From Chloroflexota bacterium (GTDB taxonomy: Bacteria; Chloroflexota; UBA11872; VXOZ01), in NCBI GenBank assembly GCA_965221905.1, contig OZ244922.1, positions 2,624,001-2,688,000 on the forward strand: 64,000 bases of DNA, read 5' to 3'. Each line of letters starts with the position of its first letter. Positions within the stretch are counted from its first letter, which is position 1. Below the pieces are notes generated by a model. It was not told the DNA's origin, did not search any database, and saw only the letters and a list, made by a program, of their open reading frames with translations. Both the position numbers and the translations under genes were made by a program. This document shows positions 22,142 through 32,119 of the stretch, one piece after another.

Positions 22142-23554
22142 ATGAAAGATCAACGACCGAACGTCATCCTTTTCACCACCGACCAGCATCGCGGCGATCA
22201 TCTCAGCATCGCCGGACATCCGGTGGTCGAGACGCCCAACGTGGATTCATTTGTGGAGCACGGCGCATACTTCCCCAATGCCTACACCGAAATTCCATCC
22301 ACCACAGGGGCGCGGCGTTGCCTCCACGGCGGACAGCGCAGCTATGACTGCGGCTTGATCGGCTATTCCGGCACCGAGTGGCATGAGCCGAACACCCTCG
22401 CGGGGGTACTTGCCGATGCCGGCTACCACTGCATCAACGTCGGCTGGCGCAACATGCACCCGCGCCGCAAGCTCTACGGCTTTCACACCGTCATCCCGCA
22501 CGACCTACGCGTAGGGTTTGATGACTACTGGGAGTGGCTGTGTCAAGAGTTGGGCCCTTATGCGCACGAACGCATCCATGGCTCAGACGCAAACGGATGG
22601 CTGGGACGTCCCTGGCCCTATGAGGAACGTTATCATGCCACGAACTGGACCGTAGACGTTACGATAGAACAAATCAAGAAGCGCGACCCGACTCGTCCGG
22701 TATTCGTCTGGTGCTCGCACCTGCGACCGCATTCGCCCTACGATCCGCCACAGTTCTTTTGGGATATGTATGCCGATCGGCAATTGCCGGAAATACCGGT
22801 CGGAGACTGGGCCGAGCGCTACAACGTACCGCAGCCCGGACTCGGCCGCACTGCCTGGTACGGTCGTCTCACCGACGAGCAACTCCAGCGGATGCGCGCC
22901 GGTTACATGGCGTGCATCAGCCATATCGACTATCAGCTTGGCTACCTGATGGAACGCGTCCAACAGGAGTTAGGCAACAACGTCATGTTCGTATTCACGG
23001 CGGACCACGGCGACATGATGGGCGACCACAACTTGCTACGCAAGTCGTACGCCTATGAAGGGTCGGCCCGCATTCCGTTCGTCGTCAAGTATCCCAATAA
23101 CCAAGACCTCCCGTCCGGCACGTTCGAGCACCCGGTAGGACTGCAGGACGTCATGCCCACAATCCTCGATGCAGCCGGCACCGACATCCCAGAATCAGTA
23201 ACAGGCAAGAGTGTCCTGCAAGTGGCGCGTGGTGAGCCGTGGCGAGATTTCGTCCACGGCGAGCACTCTCCTTGCTACAGTCACGACAACGCGGTGCAGT
23301 ACCTCACCGACGGCAAGGAAAAGTACCTCTGGTACCCGGTGCGGGGCGAGGAGCAGTTCTTCGATCTTGCTAACGATCGCCAGGAAATCCACGATAGAGC
23401 GAACGATCCGGCCTATGCCGACCGCGTTGCTCTCTGGCGCGACCGCCTCATTGCCTACCTGGGCGAGCGCGGCGATGGCTTCTCCGATGGAGAGAAGTTG
23501 CTTGTGCGTCCAGAGGGCTATGGCCCGGCGGCAGATCAACCTGCGGCGGTCTGA
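22142..23554 (+). CDS. Sulfatase-fold (alkaline phosphatase superfamily) hydrolase with atypical active-site motif
   Basis: PNVILFTTDQHR, PHSPYDPP, TADHGDMMGDH, YEGSARIP; signature reads PSTTGAR instead of PxCxPxR. Confidence 0.88.
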   Translation: MKDQRPNVILFTTDQHRGDHLSIAGHPVVETPNVDSFVEHGAYFPNAYTEIPSTTGARRCLHGGQRSYDCGLIGYSGTEWHEPNTLAGVLADAGYHCINVGWRNMHPRRKLYGFHTVIPHDLRVGFDDYWEWLCQELGPYAHERIHGSDANGWLGRPWPYEERYHATNWTVDVTIEQIKKRDPTRPVFVWCSHLRPHSPYDPPQFFWDMYADRQLPEIPVGDWAERYNVPQPGLGRTAWYGRLTDEQLQRMRAGYMACISHIDYQLGYLMERVQQELGNNVMFVFTADHGDMMGDHNLLRKSYAYEGSARIPFVVKYPNNQDLPSGTFEHPVGLQDVMPTILDAAGTDIPESVTGKSVLQVARGEPWRDFVHGEHSPCYSHDNAVQYLTDGKEKYLWYPVRGEEQFFDLANDRQEIHDRANDPAYADRVALWRDRLIAYLGERGDGFSDGEKLLVRPEGYGPAADQPAAV

Positions 23555-23730
23555 GCGCAAGGGCTGGATACGTATACCATCAGTAACTCTCCAGTTTGCA
23601 CGTAGCACACAGTGCGTGCGTAACCTTCTGCGCACAAACAGTGCGGACGCAATCGCGCTATACTTAGCCCCAGTTACAGGAACGTACGTGATAGCGTACC
23701 GACCTTGCATGCCGCACGGAGGTCACACCA

Positions 23731-25497
23731 ATGGCCGGTACAAGCGCATTCGATCCGATCACCTTTGAAGTCGTGCGCCACGCGCTGACTGAAGCTACCG
23801 AGGAAATGGCGGTTGCGCTCCGGCGCAGCGCCTACTCGACCAACATCAAGACCCGGGCCGATTTCTCTTGCGCCTTCTTCGACCGCGATTTGAACGTGGT
23901 GGCCCAGGCGTTCTGCCAAGCGGTGCACCTCGGCTCACTCGTGCACCTTGTGCCGATTGCCATCCGCGCCTATGGTCCGGAAAACCTCAACCCGGGCGAT
24001 GCCATTCTTTGCAACGATCCCTATCTTGGTGGCGTGCACCTCAACGACATTAGCCTCATTTCGCCGGTCTACTACGAAGACGAGCTTTTCGGCTACGTCG
24101 CGAACATGGCGCACCACGTAGACGTGGGCGGCGGCGCGCCGGCCAGTGTCGGCGCGTTTCGTGAGGTCTATCAGGAAGGGATCATCATCCCACCGGTCAA
24201 GCTAGTGGCGTCCGGCGAGATCGTTCAAGACGTGTTTCGACTCATCCTGGGACAAATCCGCTCCAAGCGGGAGACTGCCGGTGACTTCCGCGCCCAGATC
24301 GCCGCCAATACCACCGGCACGCGCCGGTTGTCTGAGCTGGTTGAACAGACCGGCCTCTCCACAGTCAGTAAGTACATTAAGGAATTAATGGCCTATGCCG
24401 AGCGGCGTACGCGCGCTGAAATCGCCAAGCTGCCCCAGGGAGAATTCACCGCCGATGGCTACGTTGACAACGACGGCTATACCGACGATCCGGTGCACCT
24501 GGTAGCCAAGGTGCGCATCGACGATGACGGAGTCTTCTTCGACCTGAACGGCTGCGACCCACAGCGGCGCGCGCCGGTGAACTCAACCTTTGCGCAGACG
24601 TTCTCCGCCTGCGCCTACAACCTCAAGTGCTTGATCGATCCCGATATCCCGCCCAACCAGGGCTTCTACCGCATGGTACGCATAAATGCTCCGGAAGGTA
24701 CGGTAGTAAACTGCCGGCCGCCTGCGCCCGTGGTGGGAGGGTGGGAAACACACGCGCGCCTCAATGACGTCATATTCAAGGCGCTCGCGCCTGCACTGCC
24801 GGAGCACTCGCCCGCAGGCACTAAGGCCATGCAGTGCCACGCCGGATTCGGCGGCATCGATCCGCGCAACGGCGAGTACTACTGCTTCTTGGAAACTCTC
24901 GCCGGTGGCTATGGCGGCAGATTCCAGAGCGACGGCCCGGACGCCGTGCAAACCCACGGCCAGAACACCGAGAATGCACCGATTGAAGAAACCGAGCGCT
25001 ACTATCCGGTGCGCATCTTACGTTACGAGCTGGTGGACGACTCTGAAGGACCGGGGAAGTTTCGCGGCGGACTGGGCCTGCGCCGCGATTATGTCTTCCT
25101 CGACCATGACGTTACGTTTACGGTTCTTGCCGACAGAGACAAGGCGGGCCCGTGGGGACTCTTTGGCGGCGAACCCGGTCGCCCGGCCTTCTACCTTCAC
25201 AAACACGATGGCGAAACGGTACACCTGAGCTCAAAGACTACACTCGACGTACGTCCCGGAGAGATAATCCGCTATGAGACCTGCGGCGGCGGCGGTCACG
25301 GCCCGCCCTGGCAGCGGGACCCGGAACGGGTACTCAATGACGTGCGTCAAGGGAAAGTCAGCCGTGAGCGCGCACGCACCGCCTATGGAGTGGTAGTCGA
25401 CCCGGAACAATTGGCAATCGACAGCAGCGCAACTGCGGCGCGACGCGCGGCTATGCAAGCCGAAAACACTGACAAAGACACCAACGGAACGGGGTGA
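23731..25497 (+). CDS. Hydantoinase B / 5-oxoprolinase subunit
   Basis: DPITFEV, DFSCA, NDPYLGGVHLND, HHVDVGG, QEG, GPGKFRGG, GGGGHG. Confidence 0.93.
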   Translation: MAGTSAFDPITFEVVRHALTEATEEMAVALRRSAYSTNIKTRADFSCAFFDRDLNVVAQAFCQAVHLGSLVHLVPIAIRAYGPENLNPGDAILCNDPYLGGVHLNDISLISPVYYEDELFGYVANMAHHVDVGGGAPASVGAFREVYQEGIIIPPVKLVASGEIVQDVFRLILGQIRSKRETAGDFRAQIAANTTGTRRLSELVEQTGLSTVSKYIKELMAYAERRTRAEIAKLPQGEFTADGYVDNDGYTDDPVHLVAKVRIDDDGVFFDLNGCDPQRRAPVNSTFAQTFSACAYNLKCLIDPDIPPNQGFYRMVRINAPEGTVVNCRPPAPVVGGWETHARLNDVIFKALAPALPEHSPAGTKAMQCHAGFGGIDPRNGEYYCFLETLAGGYGGRFQSDGPDAVQTHGQNTENAPIEETERYYPVRILRYELVDDSEGPGKFRGGLGLRRDYVFLDHDVTFTVLADRDKAGPWGLFGGEPGRPAFYLHKHDGETVHLSSKTTLDVRPGEIIRYETCGGGGHGPPWQRDPERVLNDVRQGKVSRERARTAYGVVVDPEQLAIDSSATAARRAAMQAENTDKDTNGTG

Positions 25498-27644
25498 GGT
25501 CTGTGGGCGCAGCAAGATATCGGCTCGGTGTTGACATTGGCGGTACGTTCACCGACGCCACGCTGGTGGATGAGAGCAGCGGCCGTCTCTGGAATGCCAA
25601 AGTCTCATCCACGCCGCACAACCCGGCGCAGGGCTTTCTTTCGGCTACCCGGCAGATACTTGACCAGTCCGAGTTAGCTCCGGAGTCATTGCGCTACGTG
25701 GTCCACGCGACCACCGTGGCGACGAATGCCATCATCGAAGGCAAAGTCGCGCCCACCGTGCTCATAACGACCGAGGGCTTTCGCGACATCCTGGAGATTG
25801 CCCGCCAGATTCGCCCTTCACTCTATGACACGCAGTTTGAGAAACCGAAGCCCCTCGTACCACGCGATCGCTGCTTCGGCGTGCGCGAGCGCCTGGACGC
25901 TACCGGCGCCGTTCTCACACCATTGAACGAAGCCGCCATACCCCAAATCGCAGCCATCATACGAGATGCGGGTGTCGAGTCCGTCGCCGTCTGTTTCTTG
26001 CATTCTTACCTGAACGCGCAGCATGAGCAGCGCGTGGGTGAATTACTGCGAGACTTCGCGCCGAACATTGCCATCTCCCTTTCATCCGACGTAGCGCCGG
26101 AAATCAGGGAGTACTTCCGTGCCAGCACTACGGTCATCAATGCTGCGCTACGACCCATTGTTTCGCGGTATCTTGAGAACATCGAGGAGCAACTGCGCGC
26201 GCAAGGCGTTTCATCCGAACTCTTGGTAATGCAGAGCAGCGGCGGCCTCATGACGTTTGCCGACGCCCGCCGCAGACCCGTCTTCATGGTGGAATCCGGC
26301 CCGGCTGCGGGCGTGATCACGGCGGCGCACCTTGGTGAAGCGCTGGGCTACCCAAACGTCATCTCCTTCGACATGGGCGGCACTACCGCAAAAGTCGGCC
26401 TCGTGCAAGACGGCACGCCCCGGATTACCAAAGATTACGAGGTCGGCTCTGTCGCCCAACCCGGCAGCGGTGGGTTTCGCGCAGGCGGCTACCCCATCCG
26501 CACCCCCGTCATAGATTTGGTGGAGATTGGCGCCGGAGGGGGGTCAATCGCTTGGGTTGACCCCGGCGGCATCTTGCGCGTCGGGCCTCAGAGCGCAGGC
26601 GCCGACCCCGGGCCGGCCTGCTACGGTCAAGGCGGCGCCGAGCCGACGGTTACCGACGCGAATCTGGTCTTAGGCCGGCTCAATCCCGGTTACTTGCTCG
26701 GGGGTGACCTCAAACTGGATAGTGCGCTCGCCCATGCGGCCATCGAGCAGCGCATTGCCAAGCCTCTCGGATTGGACGTGGTGAAAGCCGCGTATAGCAT
26801 CGTAGAGATAGCGAACGTGGCGATGATTAACGCGCTGCGTCTCGTCTCGGTGCAACGCGGCCATGATCCCCGCGATTTCGCGCTCACCGCCTTTGGCGGA
26901 GCCGGACCGCTGCACGCCAACCGCCTGGCGCACGAGATGAACATCCCCGTTACCGTCATTCCCACCAGTCCGGGAACGGCTTCGGCGCTGGGCCTCCTCG
27001 TCACTGATATCACCTACGACTATGCCACTACACTGATCGAGCAAGTCGACCGTCTCCAGCCAAGCGTAGTAGCGGATGTGTTTGCAGACCTTCGTAAACA
27101 AGGCACAGAAGCCCTCGCCGCCTCGGGCGTAGCTCCCGCCGACATGTCCTTCGTGCATCAAATTGACTTGCGCTACGTCGGGCAGAGCTATGAGCTCACG
27201 CTGCCGTGTCCCGATGGCGAAGCGACGGGCTTTACCGTTTCCGAACTCTTGAATGACTTTCACGCAGAGCACAATCGCGTTTACGGCCATAGCGTTCCCG
27301 GCGAGCCGGTGGAAACCGTAAATCTGCGGCTTACGGCTCTCGGCAACATTGTAAAGCCGCCGCTGCTGGCAAGAGACACCGCGATGCACGCCCTGCAAGC
27401 AGCACAACTTGGTAGCCGTCCGGTATACTTTGGCGAAGCCGATGGCTTCGTGGACTGTCCTGTATATGATCGCTATCGACTTGGCGCGGGCATGGAGGTG
27501 GCGGGCCCGGCGATTGTGGAAGAATACGATTCTACGACCGTAATTCATCCTGGATACTACGCATCGGTCGATCAATACGGTACACTGCTACTTACAAAGC
27601 ACGCTATCGTTTCCCGCAACGGAGGAGCAACAAGGGATGGCTGA
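25494..27644 (+). CDS. Hydantoinase A / 5-oxoprolinase ATP-binding subunit
   Basis: GVDIGGTFTD, HATTVATN, ESGPAAG, DMGGTT, SAGADPGPACY, FGGAGPLH. Confidence 0.94.
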   Translation: MRSVGAARYRLGVDIGGTFTDATLVDESSGRLWNAKVSSTPHNPAQGFLSATRQILDQSELAPESLRYVVHATTVATNAIIEGKVAPTVLITTEGFRDILEIARQIRPSLYDTQFEKPKPLVPRDRCFGVRERLDATGAVLTPLNEAAIPQIAAIIRDAGVESVAVCFLHSYLNAQHEQRVGELLRDFAPNIAISLSSDVAPEIREYFRASTTVINAALRPIVSRYLENIEEQLRAQGVSSELLVMQSSGGLMTFADARRRPVFMVESGPAAGVITAAHLGEALGYPNVISFDMGGTTAKVGLVQDGTPRITKDYEVGSVAQPGSGGFRAGGYPIRTPVIDLVEIGAGGGSIAWVDPGGILRVGPQSAGADPGPACYGQGGAEPTVTDANLVLGRLNPGYLLGGDLKLDSALAHAAIEQRIAKPLGLDVVKAAYSIVEIANVAMINALRLVSVQRGHDPRDFALTAFGGAGPLHANRLAHEMNIPVTVIPTSPGTASALGLLVTDITYDYATTLIEQVDRLQPSVVADVFADLRKQGTEALAASGVAPADMSFVHQIDLRYVGQSYELTLPCPDGEATGFTVSELLNDFHAEHNRVYGHSVPGEPVETVNLRLTALGNIVKPPLLARDTAMHALQAAQLGSRPVYFGEADGFVDCPVYDRYRLGAGMEVAGPAIVEEYDSTTVIHPGYYASVDQYGTLLLTKHAIVSRNGGATRDG

Positions 27645-27930
27645 AGCCTTGCTGGGTACCCTTGGGAATTCGCAAGACACTCTGGCGACCAAATCCGACC
27701 TTCATGAATTAGCACAGGAGACCAAAACCGACCTGCGCAATCTGGTGCGAGCAATCGCAACCCTAGAGCAAGCTGTAAGTAAGATGGCAAGCAAGGCCGA
27801 TCTGCGAGAACTGGAACACTCAATCAGAGCTTCCGTGCGCGAATTGGAATTGCGCATGACTGTTAAGGTCGGCGCTATGCTGTTCGCGGTGGCAGGTCTG
27901 CTCGTTGCGCTGGAACTGATACCGCGCTAG
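27637..27930 (+). CDS. Short coiled-coil protein with C-terminal membrane anchor, CCDC90/DUF1640-like
   Basis: Repeated LATKSDL/MASKADL, ELELRMTVKVGAML plus TM segment; SD GGAGGAG. Confidence 0.7.
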   Translation: MAEALLGTLGNSQDTLATKSDLHELAQETKTDLRNLVRAIATLEQAVSKMASKADLRELEHSIRASVRELELRMTVKVGAMLFAVAGLLVALELIPR

Positions 27931-27964
27931 ACCAAGGGTAGCAACGGTAAGAAGGATACGCGAT

Positions 27965-29143
27965 ATGGCTGAGACTGCCGATGTCGTCGTCGTTGGAGGC
28001 GGGAGCACCGGTACCAGCATTGCCTGGCAACTGGCAAAGATGGGGGCCGGCCGGGTCGTTTTGCTCGAACGACGGGGCCTAGCGGCACAAGCAACCGGTG
28101 TCACCGCAGGAATCGTCCGCACCCACTACACGCATGAGACACTCGCGCGCATGGCCTTGCGTGCGCGACATGTATTTGAAAACTTTGACGACGTGGTTGG
28201 CGGTGACGCCGGTTTTCGGCAGACGGGGTTCCTCGCCTTGCTAGGACCGGACGATGTCGACACGGTAGCGGCAAACATCGCCATGCACCGTGATCTTGGA
28301 ATTAACACCTACATTCTGTCGCCGGACGAAATACGAGAAGTAGAGCCGCGTCTGGCGTTGTTTGGCATTGGCGCGGCTGCCTGGGAACCGGAATCGGGGT
28401 ACGCCGACCCGGTGCGCACCACCCTTAGTTTCGCGGATGCTGCGCGGCGGCACGGCGCGGAGCTCCGCATCGGCGTAGGGGCGGATAGCTTGGAAGCAGA
28501 CGCGAATGGCATCGTTGGCGTCGAGACGAACGTCGGACCCATAGCCACACGCTCTGTGGTCGTCGCCAACGGTTTCTCTGCACGCGGCTTGGTAGCGCCC
28601 CTGGGCATCGAGGTTCCTCTCACACCGATACGGCATGCGGTGGCGTTCATGCAGCGTGCCGACTACTTCGGCAAAACCCACCCCATCATCTCAGACCGTG
28701 TACAAGGGAGCTACTACCGCCCCCGCGAGGACGGTCAGACTATGGTCGGCAAGACCGCGCCGTATGATGGAGATGAAGATCCGGACGCTAGTGCTTGGCC
28801 CGCCGCGCGGCCTGAAATCCTCCAAACCCTAGCTGAGCGGTACCAGAGGCGGTTCCCCAATCAAGGAGCGCCCGCCGTAAACAGCGCCACGTCCGGTCTT
28901 TACGACTGTTCGCCGGACCTCCAGCCGCTGCTCGGCGCCGTGCCTGACGTGCCGGGCCTGCACCTTGCCGTCGGACTGAGCGGTCATGGCTTCAAACTCA
29001 GTCCCATCTTCAGTCAGATGCTGGCTGAGCAGTTGCTCACAGGCAGCAGTACGCTCTTCGATATCGAGATGTTCAATCCGGCACGCTTTATCCAAGAACG
29101 GCGCATCGTGCCGCACCACGCATACTCAATTTCAACACTTTAG
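27965..29143 (+). CDS. FAD-dependent oxidoreductase, DAO / sarcosine oxidase beta-like
   Basis: VVVGGGSTG, AGIVR, GYADP, YDCSPD, GLSGHGFKLSP. Confidence 0.9.
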   Translation: MAETADVVVVGGGSTGTSIAWQLAKMGAGRVVLLERRGLAAQATGVTAGIVRTHYTHETLARMALRARHVFENFDDVVGGDAGFRQTGFLALLGPDDVDTVAANIAMHRDLGINTYILSPDEIREVEPRLALFGIGAAAWEPESGYADPVRTTLSFADAARRHGAELRIGVGADSLEADANGIVGVETNVGPIATRSVVVANGFSARGLVAPLGIEVPLTPIRHAVAFMQRADYFGKTHPIISDRVQGSYYRPREDGQTMVGKTAPYDGDEDPDASAWPAARPEILQTLAERYQRRFPNQGAPAVNSATSGLYDCSPDLQPLLGAVPDVPGLHLAVGLSGHGFKLSPIFSQMLAEQLLTGSSTLFDIEMFNPARFIQERRIVPHHAYSISTL

Positions 29144-29338
29144 AATTCCAGTCTTACGGCCGGATGAGGTTCCGCAAGACGCGTTCTTTCGATCGGCGCA
29201 ATGAGCGGGCAGAGCATTGAGAAAGGAGAGCGATTGAGTGGTAAAGCAAGCGCCCGCGAGAGATCAAATGTGATGTAGTCTGAGTGTGTCGACTAACAAT
29301 TCGGCACACGTGAATGAGACCACGGGAGGTCACAAGCA

Positions 29339-30712
29339 ATGTCTATGGGCAATGGATTTACGACAAGACGCCGTTTCCTCGCAGGTGCCGGCGGTTTGGC
29401 AGGCGCCGCGCTCCTTGCAGCGTGCGCTGTAGCACCTGGTGCAAGTGACGGCGAGATGATGGAAGAAAAGGAAGCGCCCAAGGAAGCTGAAGCACCGCAA
29501 GCGGAAGTCGTTGAGGTGGTGTGGGCGTGCTACGACCTGCAGGAGTATCGCAACGTGACCCTGCGGGAGATGGCGGAAGTCTGCAATAACACCTTGGAGA
29601 ATCGCACCACCAGGCTTGAAATTGTCACCGAGAACTTCCTGGAGAAAATCCGCACCGAGTTCGTGGCCGGCACAACCACCTACGACATCGTTGTAAACCA
29701 GATCAACTGGGTGCAGGCCGGCGCGCGGCAGGGCATGTTCCTGCCCATCAGCGACTACATGAAGCGCGACGGTGTATCACGTGATGACTACCTTGACTCC
29801 TCTTCCTGGGAAGTCAATGGCATCATGTACGGCTTGGCATTCCTCGGCGGCGGCGACGCCATCTACTACAACAAGGACCTCTTCGACAACGACGGCGTCC
29901 CGTATCCGGAGTTGGGCACAACCTACGAGCAACTGCTCGATGGCGCCGCCAAGATGACAAAGCGCACCGGGGAAGAGACCACTCAATGGGGGTATAACTT
30001 CGGGTACTCCTCGCTGGAGGTCAACCTGGGCAGTTTTATCCTCGATTCCGGCGGACAGGTGCTCAACGAGGCGCGCGACATGGCCCTCTACGGCGAGGAC
30101 CAAAACGCCATCGCGGGCGCACAGTTCTACGTAGACATGATCCTCAAGCATCGGGTGGTGCCTTGGGGTGACGAGCGGCAGGCGCTGCGCGAGGAGGGCG
30201 GCAGCGGCCGCCACATTGGCACCGGCAAAGTCGCCATGTCGCAGATTACGTTGATCCCGCTCAAGGGCGCATACGAGGTGCTCGGCGACCGGCTGGGCAT
30301 TGCGCCGCTCGCCACTGGGCCGGCGGGAACCCGCAGCCCGGCCACCGGTAGCAACGCCTGGAGCATCATGTCGCTCACCGAAGTGCCTGATGCGGCCTGG
30401 GACGTGTTCCACGTCCTGAGCCAGAAGGAGGCGCAAGACCTTTACGCCGTGCACGCCCACCCCGGGCTCTTTGCCTCCGCCGACGTGTTCTTGGGCAACT
30501 ACCCGGGTATGGACTGGTCCACTGTCCTGGACAATTGGCGGGACGGCGGACGCGACTTCTTCCTGACGCCGGAGACCGGAGAGTTCTGGACGACGGCAAA
30601 CCAGAACCTCCAGCCGATGTACACCGGCGAATCTACCGTCCAAGAGGCCATGAAGACCTCTGCCGACGCTGTGAACGTTCTCTTTTCACAACGTCCGGAC
30701 GACTGGAAGTAG
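29339..30712 (+). CDS. ABC transporter substrate-binding lipoprotein (carbohydrate family 1) with Tat signal
   Basis: TRRRFL Tat motif, LLAAC lipobox, IYYNKDLF..GV.YP; SD GGGAGGT. Confidence 0.88.
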   Translation: MSMGNGFTTRRRFLAGAGGLAGAALLAACAVAPGASDGEMMEEKEAPKEAEAPQAEVVEVVWACYDLQEYRNVTLREMAEVCNNTLENRTTRLEIVTENFLEKIRTEFVAGTTTYDIVVNQINWVQAGARQGMFLPISDYMKRDGVSRDDYLDSSSWEVNGIMYGLAFLGGGDAIYYNKDLFDNDGVPYPELGTTYEQLLDGAAKMTKRTGEETTQWGYNFGYSSLEVNLGSFILDSGGQVLNEARDMALYGEDQNAIAGAQFYVDMILKHRVVPWGDERQALREEGGSGRHIGTGKVAMSQITLIPLKGAYEVLGDRLGIAPLATGPAGTRSPATGSNAWSIMSLTEVPDAAWDVFHVLSQKEAQDLYAVHAHPGLFASADVFLGNYPGMDWSTVLDNWRDGGRDFFLTPETGEFWTTANQNLQPMYTGESTVQEAMKTSADAVNVLFSQRPDDWK

Positions 30713-30720
30713 CCTTGTCG

Positions 30721-30752
30721 GTAGAGGGGTGCGTCACGGCGCACCCCTCTAC
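30721..30752. repeat. GTAG-started palindrome (REP-like or terminator)
   Basis: GTAGAGGGGTGCG-6nt-CGCACCCCTCTAC, perfect 13-bp stem just after the stop codon. Confidence 0.65.
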
Positions 30753-30786
30753 TACTTACGCCGTGGTAGCTACTCCCTACTCCGCG

Positions 30787-31074
30787 GTAGCGCAGGTTTG
30801 AAACCTGCGCCCAACAGCCGGGTTTCTACGTGATACAAGGCCGAAGTCCGGCACGCGCGGAGAAGATGGTTTCCCGCTTTCGCGGGAATGACGGAGCCCC
30901 ATCTTGCTATTTTCATGGTAGTGGCAGACTGACCGATGACCACTCTTGTAGTAATGGACTACGCGCTGGCTACGTTCATGGCAATAATGGAGCCGGACAC
31001 GGGCTACTCTGCAAGTAAACTCTCTGCTCAGCCGGAGCAGATCTAAGCGAGCGCAGGTTTCAAACCTACGCTAC
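30787..31074. repeat. Inverted pair of REP-like palindromes (REPIN-like) enclosing a second palindrome family
   Basis: GTAGCGCAGGTTTGAAACCTGCGC at 30787-30810, inverted copy at 31051-31074; TTCCCGCTTTCGCGGGAATGAC at 30871-30892. Confidence 0.75.
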
Positions 31075-31105
31075 CATTAGCTCTCTACTTATCCGGAGCA
31101 CACCA

Positions 31106-32071
31106 ATGACAGTCCGCGAGCTTTACAAAACCGCCATAGAACTCGGTACTGCCCTCGATCCGCGCAGCCGCGAGACCCTTGACGCAGAACTCGCGCGGCG
31201 CAAGCAAGAATTCGATGCACTGCCCGACTGGAAGAAGCCTTACTTCGACCATGAGCGGTTGCGGAATCCTTACGGCGACGTGCGCATCGTCAACGGTCCG
31301 GAAGACGCCGAGGTATACACAGCGCTCGCGGGCATCAATATTGGCACTGACGAGTTTCTCATCGCCGACCGGCTCAAGGACAAAGGCGTGCCGCTCGACG
31401 CAATTATCGCGCACCACACCAGCGGCACCGGCATCGGCCGCTCGCACATCGACGACATCACCCTCATCAACATCGATATCTTCGTGCGAGAGGGAGTGCC
31501 CCGCCGAAAGGCGGAGAAAGTCCTCTTGCCCTGGATCGACGAGTGGCGTACCGGCTACGACGACATGCCGCATCGGATGGGGCCCGACATGGCACGGCTC
31601 TTCGAAATCCCTTTCATCCAAATACACACGCCGCAGGACCTCTATATTGGCGTAGGCATGAGAGAGATATTTGAGAACCTTAAGCCACAAACCCTGGCTG
31701 ACGCTGAAGAAGCGCTGATGACTATTCCCGAATTCCAAGGCGCCGCGCGCCACGGCGCATATTCGACCGTTCTTGCAGGCGACCCGGATACGCCCCTCGG
31801 ACGCTACCTCATACAAGATGCCGGGGGTTGGCTGTGGCCGCCGGAGGGGCTAACTGTGCTCGCCAAAGCCGGTGTGAACACCGTCCTGCAAATTGGAGCA
31901 TCTGCAGCAGGGGCGATAGCCGCCGCGAAAGCCGGCATGTCGCTGGTAAGACTACCCCACGCCGCTGCGGATAATCTGGGTATCAACCTCTTCTACGACG
32001 AGGTGGAGCGCCGTTTCAGCCCACTTAATATCATTCCGTGCAACTATTTCGAGCGCATAAGGCACACGTAG
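31106..32071 (+). CDS. NIF3/DUF34-like metal-binding protein
   Basis: ELYKTAIELG..LDPR, ERLRNPYGD.RI, IIAHH, IHTPQD, HAAADNLGINL. Confidence 0.7.
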   Translation: MTVRELYKTAIELGTALDPRSRETLDAELARRKQEFDALPDWKKPYFDHERLRNPYGDVRIVNGPEDAEVYTALAGINIGTDEFLIADRLKDKGVPLDAIIAHHTSGTGIGRSHIDDITLINIDIFVREGVPRRKAEKVLLPWIDEWRTGYDDMPHRMGPDMARLFEIPFIQIHTPQDLYIGVGMREIFENLKPQTLADAEEALMTIPEFQGAARHGAYSTVLAGDPDTPLGRYLIQDAGGWLWPPEGLTVLAKAGVNTVLQIGASAAGAIAAAKAGMSLVRLPHAAADNLGINLFYDEVERRFSPLNIIPCNYFERIRHT

Positions 32072-32119
32072 TGCGCAATTGCCGTCTTTGATGCGATTTC
32101 AAGCGAAGGGAGAAGAATC

